Shown one piece after another: positions 1 through 6,567 of a stretch of 11,305 nucleotides of DNA (its first letter is position 1; the number at the start of each line of letters is the position of its first letter). The DNA is from Candidatus Saccharimonadota bacterium (GTDB taxonomy: Bacteria; Pseudomonadota; Gammaproteobacteria; Enterobacterales; Enterobacteriaceae), in contig NZ_CP046218.1 in the NCBI RefSeq assembly GCF_012571345.1, positions 225,995-237,299 of the forward strand, written 5' to 3'. The translations under genes were made by a program, and so were the position numbers. The notes below the pieces were generated by a model. That model did no database searches. It saw only the letters and a program-made list of their open reading frames with translations, and had not been told where the DNA came from.

Positions 1-996
1 CAAGGGCAAATTTTACAAGAAGGTATTAATGAAGCAGGTGCATTTGCTTCTTGGATAGCCGCTGCAACATCATATTCTACTAATAATTTAGTTATGATCC
101 CATTTTATATTTATTATTCTATTTTTGGTTTCCAACGTATTGGTGATCTTTGTTGGGCCGCCGGAGATCAACAAGCTAAAGGATTTTTAATAGGAGCAAC
201 ATCTGGTAGAACTACTTTAAATGGCGAAGGTTTGCAACATGAAGATGGGCATAGTCATATACAATCTTTAACTATTCCAAATTGTATTTCTTATGATCCT
301 GCTTATATGTATGAATTAGCTATTATTATATATAATGGTTTATATCGCATGTATGGTTCACAACAAGAAAATATATATTATTATATAACTGTTACTAATG
401 AAAATTATATAATGCCTTCTATAAACAAGAATATATCTTCTAATATAATAGAAGGAATATGTAAGGGGATATATCATTTACGTAATATACATGGTAATAA
501 AAATAATTGCATACAATTATTAGGTTCTGGAGCAATATTACAACATGTCATACAAGCAGGGAAAATTTTATATCAAGAGTATGATATTAGTTCTCATATT
601 TTTAGTGTAACTTCTTTTACAGAAATTGCACGTGATGGACAAGATTGTGATCATTGGAATATGTTACATCCTATGGAAAAACGTCGTATACCTTATATAA
701 CTAATATTATGCAAAATCACCCTACAGTAGCTGCTACTGATTATATGAAAATTTTTGCAGAACAAATTAGGAAATATGTACCTACACATAATTATTTTGT
801 ATTAGGTACTGATGGCTTTGGTCGTTCTGATAGTAGAGCTAATTTACGTGATTTTTTTGAAATTAGTGCGCCATATATTGTACTTGCTGTATTGAATATT
901 TTATTAGATTTAAATATTATTAGTAATAATATTATTAACCATTTTATTAAAAAATATAATATTAATATTAATAAAAAGAATCCTAGAATCTCTTAA
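1..996 (+). CDS. aceE: Pyruvate dehydrogenase E1 component, C-terminal 331 codons (5' end lies left of the window)
   Basis: Frame 1 is open from base 1 (QGQILQEGINEAGAFASWIAAATSYSTNNLVMIPFYIYYS...), so the ORF-track Met at 94 is internal, not the start. Long near-identical blocks match E. coli AceE as I recall it (FGFQRIGDLCWAAGDQQA, GRTTLNGEGLQHEDGHSHIQSLTIPNCISYDPAY, VLGTDGFGRSDSR, C-terminal ..NPR..). TAA stop at 994-996. Followed by aceF and lpdA in canonical operon order. Confidence 0.96.
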   Translation, partial: QGQILQEGINEAGAFASWIAAATSYSTNNLVMIPFYIYYSIFGFQRIGDLCWAAGDQQAKGFLIGATSGRTTLNGEGLQHEDGHSHIQSLTIPNCISYDPAYMYELAIIIYNGLYRMYGSQQENIYYYITVTNENYIMPSINKNISSNIIEGICKGIYHLRNIHGNKNNCIQLLGSGAILQHVIQAGKILYQEYDISSHIFSVTSFTEIARDGQDCDHWNMLHPMEKRRIPYITNIMQNHPTVAATDYMKIFAEQIRKYVPTHNYFVLGTDGFGRSDSRANLRDFFEISAPYIVLAVLNILLDLNIISNNIINHFIKKYNININKKNPRIS

Positions 997-997
997 A

Positions 998-1002
998 AAG
1001 GA
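998..1002 (+). promoter_or_regulatory. Shine-Dalgarno (AAGGA) for aceF in the 11-bp aceE-aceF spacer
   Basis: AAGGA lies 5 nt upstream of the ATG at 1008. G-containing pentamers are rare in the spacers of this window. Confidence 0.6.
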
Positions 1003-1007
1003 ATTAC

Positions 1008-2510
1008 ATGAATAATAATATTATAATATTACCAGATATTGGTAATGACAATATGAAAGTTACTGAAATTTTAGTACAATTAGGAGATTATATATATAAA
1101 GACCAAAGTATTATTGTCGTAGAAAGTGATAAAACTTCTATAGAAGTACCCGCAGATCAAGAAGGTGAAATTAAAAAAATTTGTGTTAATGTTGGTGATA
1201 TAGTACATACTAATAGTCCAATTTTAATTTTATTAAATAAAGAAAAATTAACAAATAATACTTTAGGTATAAATAGCACTAAACAAAATAAAATACATAA
1301 TACTATAAATATTTTAGTGCCAGATATTGGCATACAAAAAATGTTAGTAAAAAAAATTTTAGTCAATGAAAAAGAACAAATACAAAAAAATCAATCATTA
1401 GTTATTATACAAGATAAGACAAATATTATAGAAATTGCATCATTATATGCTGGATATATTAATACTATTCATATAAAATTAAATAGTTATATAAAAAGTA
1501 ATGATATAATAATTACATTATGCATTAATAAAATAAGTAATGAGAACATAATATTAAATTATAATATGACATCATTTATTAAAAAAAATAATATGAAAGG
1601 GGGAACACAAATTATTCAAAAACAAACAGAACCAGAATATTTTTATGCTACTCCATATATAAGAAAAATAGCACGTCAATTTAATATTAATTTATCGACA
1701 ATTAAAGGTAGTGGTAATAAGAATAGAATTACAAAAGAAGATATTATGCAATATATAAAAAATAATAATCTTGATAATGTACGAACCAATGATAAAAATA
1801 TACATGAAAAATATGGTCCTATAGAAATAATTATTTTAAATAACATACAAAAAGCAACTAGTATTAATTTAACCAATAATTGGAAAAATATTCCTCATGT
1901 TACACAACATATTCAAGCGGATATAACTGAATTAGAATCTTTCCGTATTAAAAAAAATTATGAATTAAAAAATACACATAATATTAAAATTACTATACTT
2001 AGTTTTATGATTAAAATATGTGCTCATGCTTTAAAACAATTTCCTTATTTTAATTCATCTATAATAGATGAAACAACTTTAATTCTTAAAAAATATTATA
2101 ATATAGGTATTGCAGTTAATACACCACAAGGTTTAATAGTTCCAATAATATTTAATGTATTAGATAAGAATATTATTGAAATTTCTAAAGAAATCATACT
2201 TTTAGCAAATAAAGCTAAAAATAATAAATTAATGCCTCAAGATATTAAAGGTGGATGTTTTACTATTTCTAATTTAGGTCAATTACGTAGTAATTTTTTT
2301 ACTCCTATCATTAATGCGCCAGAAGTTTCTATTTTAGGAATATCACAAGCTATGATACAACCAATATGGGATGGTAATAAATTTATTCCAAAATTAATGT
2401 TACCATTGTCTTTATCTTATGATCATAGAATCATTAATGGTGTAGATGGTGTTATGTTTTTAAATTTCATATGTGATTTAATATCTGATATTAGAAATTT
2501 ATTAATTTAA
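1008..2510 (+). CDS. aceF: Dihydrolipoamide acetyltransferase (PDH E2), 500 aa, with two lipoyl domains
   Basis: Lipoyl domain 1 covers about aa 3-76, with lipoyl-Lys motif VESDKTSIEVPA (K42, nt 1131-1133). Lipoyl domain 2 covers about aa 100-174, with the more diverged IIQDKTNIIEIAS (K137, nt 1416-1418). The E1/E3-binding domain is ATPYIRKIARQFNINLSTIKGSGNKNRITKEDIMQYI (about nt 1644-1760). The C-terminal acyltransferase core has DHRIINGVDG (His473, nt 2424-2426) and ends SDIRNLLI, as in E. coli SDIRRLVM. An AAGGA Shine-Dalgarno lies 5 nt upstream of the ATG. Confidence 0.95.
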   Translation: MNNNIIILPDIGNDNMKVTEILVQLGDYIYKDQSIIVVESDKTSIEVPADQEGEIKKICVNVGDIVHTNSPILILLNKEKLTNNTLGINSTKQNKIHNTINILVPDIGIQKMLVKKILVNEKEQIQKNQSLVIIQDKTNIIEIASLYAGYINTIHIKLNSYIKSNDIIITLCINKISNENIILNYNMTSFIKKNNMKGGTQIIQKQTEPEYFYATPYIRKIARQFNINLSTIKGSGNKNRITKEDIMQYIKNNNLDNVRTNDKNIHEKYGPIEIIILNNIQKATSINLTNNWKNIPHVTQHIQADITELESFRIKKNYELKNTHNIKITILSFMIKICAHALKQFPYFNSSIIDETTLILKKYYNIGIAVNTPQGLIVPIIFNVLDKNIIEISKEIILLANKAKNNKLMPQDIKGGCFTISNLGQLRSNFFTPIINAPEVSILGISQAMIQPIWDGNKFIPKLMLPLSLSYDHRIINGVDGVMFLNFICDLISDIRNLLI

Positions 2511-2535
2511 TATTTATTATTTAACTTTCATGTAG

Positions 2536-3960
2536 ATGATAATATTTATGAACAAAAATCAAAAAACACAGATAATAGTTATTGGTGGTGGCCCAGCGGG
2601 ATATTCAGCTGCTTTTCGTTGTAGTGATTTAGGAATGCAAACTACTATTATAGAAAAATATGATAATTTAGGAGGTGTATGTTTAAATGTCGGATGTATT
2701 CCTTCTAAAGCTTTATTACATATTGCAAATATATTAAAAGAACAAAAAATATTAATGAAATATGGCATTTTAAATCATGTTTGTGAAATTAATATTTCTA
2801 AATTATTATTATGGAAAAATAATATTATTACTAAATTAACTAATGGATTAAAATTTTTAGCAGAGAAAAGAAATGTAAAGATTATTAATGGTATGGCACA
2901 TTTTATTAATGATAACAGTGTAGAAGTAATAAATAATAATATTACTACAATAATTAATTTTGATAATGCTATTATCGCAACTGGTTCAAAACCAAATAAT
3001 ATGACTGGTATGTATAAAAATGACCCAAGAATATGGAATTCTACAGATGCTTTAATGTTAAAAACTATACCAAAAAAAATGTTAATTATAGGTGCTGGTA
3101 TTATTGGATTAGAAATGGCTACAATTTATTGTGCTTTAGGTGCAAAAATAGATATTATAGATTCATCTGATATATTATTACCAGAAACTGATATAGACAT
3201 TACAAATATATATAAAAGTGTTATTCATCAAGAATTTAATATAATATTACATACTAAAATTATCTCTATAGATACTACACAAGACCAATTACATGTACAT
3301 TTAACTAGTGATAATAACCAATCTGTATATGCAAAATATTATGATATTATTTTAATAGCTATAGGGAGAACTCCAAATTCTCAATACATTAATAAAAATT
3401 TTGGTAAATTAGATATTAATGAACAAAATTTTATTAACGTTGATAATCAAATGAGAACTAATATACCAAACATATATGCTATTGGTGATGTAATTAGCAC
3501 TCCTCTGTTAGCACATAAAGGTATACATGAAGGACATTTAGCAGCTGAAGTTATAGCAGGGAAAAAACATTATTTTATACCCAAAGTTATACCTTCAATA
3601 GCATATACTAATCCTGAAATTGGTTGGGTGGGTTTGACTGAAAAACAGGCTCAACATAATAATATAAAATATAAAACATCATCGTTTCCCTGGCAAGCGT
3701 TAGGTCGCGCTCTTGCAACGAATTCTGAACATGGCATAACAAAACTAATTATAGAAAAAGAATCTAATAGAGTTATTGGTGGCGCTGTTATTGGACATAA
3801 TGCAGGAGAATTATTAGGAGAAATTAGTTTGGCTATAGAAATGGGTTGTGATATTGAAGATATAGCATTAACTATGCATGCACATCCTACATTATATGAA
3901 TCCATTGGTTTAACAGCAGAAATATTAACTGGTACTATTACTGATATTTTAAACAAATAA
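2536..3960 (+). CDS. lpdA: Dihydrolipoyl dehydrogenase (E3), 474 aa from the first ATG; an alternative start at 2548 gives 470 aa
   Basis: FAD-binding GGGPAGY, redox-active disulfide GGVCLNVGCIPSKALLH, NAD-binding GAGIIGLEM, and C-terminal His-Glu dyad region HAHPTLYES. Co-linear with E. coli LpdA over the full length. Alignment to the E. coli N-terminus (MSTEIKTQVVVLG) fits the second ATG (MNKNQKTQIIVIG) slightly better. Neither start has a Shine-Dalgarno. Confidence 0.95.
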   Translation: MIIFMNKNQKTQIIVIGGGPAGYSAAFRCSDLGMQTTIIEKYDNLGGVCLNVGCIPSKALLHIANILKEQKILMKYGILNHVCEINISKLLLWKNNIITKLTNGLKFLAEKRNVKIINGMAHFINDNSVEVINNNITTIINFDNAIIATGSKPNNMTGMYKNDPRIWNSTDALMLKTIPKKMLIIGAGIIGLEMATIYCALGAKIDIIDSSDILLPETDIDITNIYKSVIHQEFNIILHTKIISIDTTQDQLHVHLTSDNNQSVYAKYYDIILIAIGRTPNSQYINKNFGKLDINEQNFINVDNQMRTNIPNIYAIGDVISTPLLAHKGIHEGHLAAEVIAGKKHYFIPKVIPSIAYTNPEIGWVGLTEKQAQHNNIKYKTSSFPWQALGRALATNSEHGITKLIIEKESNRVIGGAVIGHNAGELLGEISLAIEMGCDIEDIALTMHAHPTLYESIGLTAEILTGTITDILNK

Positions 3961-4032
3961 TATTTGATTATTAAAAAACAAATATGTTTAGATAGTATGA
4001 TATAAATCAAATTATATAAAATAACTATAGGA

Positions 4033-4069
4033 TATAATAATTTTATTTATAATAAAATGTTTTTATAAT
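4033..4069 (+). promoter_or_regulatory. Candidate -10 elements upstream of the GH28 gene (two perfect TATAAT hexamers at 4033-4038 and 4064-4069)
   Basis: Both hexamers lie in the 113-bp lpdA-GH28 spacer. No convincing -35 lies at 16-18 bp from either. TATAAT is expected by chance in sequence this AT-rich, so this is only a candidate. Confidence 0.2.
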
Positions 4070-4073
4070 ATAT

Positions 4074-5351
4074 ATGTTTAATTATAAACAATTTAATGCT
4101 ATTAGAAAAAATATAAGTTCTATTTATACTAATCAAAAACAACATTATATATATACGCATTTAAAAAATAAAACTGATATCACCATAATTATTAATAATA
4201 CTATAACTAATTGTCATAATAATGGTGGTGGAATTATTGTGATACCAAATGGAGAATATTATTCTGGTCCCATACATCTTAAAAGTAATGTACACATACA
4301 TTTACAAGATGATGTTATCATAAAATTTTATACTGATCCTAAAAAATATTTTAATGTTTTAACACGTTGGGAAGGTATTGATTGTATTAATTACACACCA
4401 TTAATTTATGCTTATAAACAAAAAAATATTGCCATTACAGGACATGGCGTCTTAGATGGTCAAGCTAGTATGAATAATTGGTGGTCTTGGAAAAATGATA
4501 TAAATGGCAATTATTTACAAAATAAAGATGTAAAAGTTTTAATAAATATGATGCGGAATAATATTCCGATAAAAAACAGAATTTTTGGATACCATCATTA
4601 TCTTCGTCCTAATTTTATACAATTTTATTTATGTACTAATATATTAATTAAAAATATTACTATCATTAATTCTCCTATGTGGGAAATACATCCTGTATTA
4701 AGTAATAATATACATATTAGTCATGTTCATATCAACAGTATTGGTCCAAATAATGATGGTTGTAATCCAGAATCTTGTAACAATGTATTAATTGAACATT
4801 GTTCTTTTAATACTGGTGATGACTGCATTGCAATTAAATCTGGTAAAAATAATGATGGCAGAAAGAATAATATTCCTTCTAGTAATATTATTATACAAAA
4901 CTGTTTAATGTATAAAGGTCATGGTGCTGTAGTATTAGGTAGTGAATGTAGTGGAGGAATTAATAATATTTTTATAAAAAATTGTCAAACATTTGGGAAA
5001 AAATTACAATCATTTTTAAGAATTAAAAATAATGCTGTTCGTGGTGGAAATATATATGAAATATATTTACAAGATACTAAGATTTACTGTGTAAATTCTA
5101 GTATTTTAAATATAAATTTTGTATATGATGAAGGCCAACATGGTTCTTACATACCTAAAGCATATAATATTTATATAAATAATATATATGCATATATGTG
5201 TTACCGTGTAATGGATATTAACACATTTCAGAAGTCTTATGTAAATAATATTTTTTTAAAAAATAATGTTTTCCAGCATATACAATATCCTTCAAAAATA
5301 AATATTTGTAATCCTAATAATATTTATTTATTTAATACTAAATATTTATAA
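4074..5351 (+). CDS. Glycoside hydrolase family 28 polygalacturonase (pectinase), 425 aa, probably of the bacterial exo-acting clade; no signal peptide
   Basis: All four GH28 signature motifs are present in order and with the expected spacing. They are NNDG (N226-G229, catalytic D228 at nt 4755-4757, equivalent to NTD), GDD (G248-D250, nt 4815-4823), GHG (G282-G284, nt 4917-4925) and RIK (R316-K318, nt 5019-5027). Further blocks typical of bacterial GH28 enzymes are GGGIIVIPNGEYYSGPIHLKSNVHIHL, LTRWEGI..NYTPLIYAY, NIAITGHGVLDGQ, WWSWK, HYLRPNFIQFY and IINSPMWEIHPVLS. The ATG at 4074 is the only possible start, because an in-frame TAA lies at 4053-4055 with no start codon between them. Confidence 0.88.
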   Translation: MFNYKQFNAIRKNISSIYTNQKQHYIYTHLKNKTDITIIINNTITNCHNNGGGIIVIPNGEYYSGPIHLKSNVHIHLQDDVIIKFYTDPKKYFNVLTRWEGIDCINYTPLIYAYKQKNIAITGHGVLDGQASMNNWWSWKNDINGNYLQNKDVKVLINMMRNNIPIKNRIFGYHHYLRPNFIQFYLCTNILIKNITIINSPMWEIHPVLSNNIHISHVHINSIGPNNDGCNPESCNNVLIEHCSFNTGDDCIAIKSGKNNDGRKNNIPSSNIIIQNCLMYKGHGAVVLGSECSGGINNIFIKNCQTFGKKLQSFLRIKNNAVRGGNIYEIYLQDTKIYCVNSSILNINFVYDEGQHGSYIPKAYNIYINNIYAYMCYRVMDINTFQKSYVNNIFLKNNVFQHIQYPSKINICNPNNIYLFNTKYL

Positions 5352-6497
5352 TAATATATTTTTCATGATATTATAATAAATTTTATATAATGTATATATA
5401 TCGTTAATATGTGTACATTCGTCTATTTTATGAATAGTAGAATTAATTAAACCTAATTCTACTATTTGTGCGCCAGTAGTTATAATAAATCTACCATCAG
5501 AAATACCACCATCATTTATAATAGTAGGTATCAAATTATTTACTGTGGCAATACTTTTTTTAACAATACTAATTAATTGTTTTTTTTGATTCATAGCATT
5601 ACTGATAAATGGTTTGCCAATTAAATTCCAATCAAATTGATAATTATAAATATTATATTTATTAAGAAGTAAATGTAATTTATCTAAAATAGTACTATAA
5701 TGGATGGTATGCATATATCTAAAATTGATTTGTAAAATAACATGATTAGGGATTACATTAGTATTATTTTGTATAGAAGATATAAGATTAGTAATCTGCA
5801 TACTTGTATTAAGTAAGTCTTTATTTTTAGGTTCCCAAGTAATGTTTAATAATTCATATAAAAAAGGTATGACAGTATGAATTGGATTTATTGCTAATTT
5901 ATGATAAGCTACATGCCCTTGTATACCATAAATTTTTAAAGTAATATTTAAAGAACCTCTTCTACCATTTTTAATATTATCACCAATTATTTGGTAACTT
6001 GTTGGTTCGCCTAATATGCAATAATCTATTTGCTCTTTTTTTTTCATTAAATGATTAATAACTTGTTTAGTACCATCTTGTGCCGTACCTTCCTCATCAG
6101 AAGTAATTAAAAAAGCTATTTTACCGTGATGTTGGTTATGTTTTTGTATAAAAGATTTAGCTGCAAAGACCATTGCAGCTAACGCACCTTTCATATCGCA
6201 TGTGCCTCTACCATACATGATATTATTATGAATCACACCGTCAAAAGGAGGATATTTCCATAAAGATATATCTCCTGGAGTAACAATATCTGTATGTCCT
6301 GCAAAAACTAATGTTGGAGTATTATTATTAGCATGATAAGCCCAAAAATTATTTGTTTGATTAATATTTATTGAATTAATTGTAAAATTTAATTTTTGTA
6401 AAAAAGAAATTAATATTTTTTGACAACCGTAATCTTTAGGACTTATAGATGGACACTGAATTAAACTTTTTGTAAATTCTATAATTTTTTTTAACAT
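5346..6497 (-). CDS. dapE: Succinyl-diaminopimelate desuccinylase (M20 metallopeptidase), 383 aa
   Basis: Co-linear with E. coli DapE. Metal-ligand and catalytic blocks are intact: FAGHTDIV, GRGTCDMKG, ITSDEEG, LGEPT, KNGRRGSL, GIQGHVAY, STIHKIDE. The TAA stop is the reverse complement of 5346-5348 and overlaps the end of the GH28 gene. Confidence 0.94.
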   Translation of the reverse strand: MLKKIIEFTKSLIQCPSISPKDYGCQKILISFLQKLNFTINSININQTNNFWAYHANNNTPTLVFAGHTDIVTPGDISLWKYPPFDGVIHNNIMYGRGTCDMKGALAAMVFAAKSFIQKHNQHHGKIAFLITSDEEGTAQDGTKQVINHLMKKKEQIDYCILGEPTSYQIIGDNIKNGRRGSLNITLKIYGIQGHVAYHKLAINPIHTVIPFLYELLNITWEPKNKDLLNTSMQITNLISSIQNNTNVIPNHVILQINFRYMHTIHYSTILDKLHLLLNKYNIYNYQFDWNLIGKPFISNAMNQKKQLISIVKKSIATVNNLIPTIINDGGISDGRFIITTGAQIVELGLINSTIHKIDECTHINDIYTLYKIYYNIMKNILL

Positions 6498-6528
6498 ATG
6501 TTATAATTTTATAAGTTATATAAATATT

Positions 6529-6560
6529 ATTTTTTATGAAGTATTTTTTGCATAAAAAAT
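6529..6560 (-). repeat. Perfect 10-bp inverted repeat (ATTTTTTATG / CATAAAAAAT) with a 12-nt loop in the lon-dapE spacer; possible weak terminator or attenuator
   Basis: Positions 6529-6538 are the exact reverse complement of 6551-6560. It lies 8 nt downstream of the lon stop and 31 nt upstream of the dapE ATG. The stem has only one G:C pair and no clean U-tract follows on the - strand, so the repeat is certain but its function is doubtful. Confidence 0.25.
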
Positions 6561-6567
6561 AACTAAT

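Noticed and set aside
1157-1366. 69-aa ORF on the - strand inside aceF
   Set aside because: It lies entirely antisense to a well-supported CDS. The translation is low-complexity and hydrophobic (Phe/Ile/Leu-rich), as expected when AT-rich coding DNA is read in reverse. It has no motifs and no Shine-Dalgarno.
1676-1876. 66-aa ORF on the - strand inside aceF
   Set aside because: It is antisense to the aceF catalytic and PSBD region, with a low-complexity translation and no independent support.
2421-2450. The AceF active-site motif reads DHRIING instead of the E. coli DHRVIDG (Asp to Asn, GAT to AAT at 2436-2438)
   Set aside because: It looked like a possible inactivating change. However, Asn at this position is a known natural variant of E2p (Azotobacter vinelandii uses His610/Asn614, from memory), and the catalytic His is intact.
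2559-2768. 69-aa ORF on the - strand inside lpdA
   Set aside because: It is antisense to the most conserved FAD-binding and disulfide region of lpdA, so it is a shadow ORF.
3951-3985. Short inverted repeat ATATTTG/CAAATAT (3960-3966 and 3979-3985) and 9-bp direct repeat AAACAAATA (3951-3959 and 3976-3984) just after lpdA, as a possible terminator
   Set aside because: The stem is 7 bp with a single G:C pair and a 12-nt loop, and no T-tract follows. It cannot be distinguished from background palindromes in AT-rich DNA.
3651-4010. 119-aa ORF on the - strand overlapping the lpdA 3' end and the downstream spacer
   Set aside because: About 310 of its 360 nt are antisense to lpdA. The translation has no recognisable motifs. 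Its open frame is explained by the codon structure of lpdA on the other strand.
3961-5400. The GH28 gene as a recent horizontally transferred island or mobile element cargo
   Set aside because: There is no transposase, integrase, tRNA attachment site, flanking direct or inverted repeats, or compositional discontinuity. The gene is as AT-rich and Asn/Ile/Lys-biased as its neighbours. Acquisition may be ancient, but there is no evidence of current mobility.
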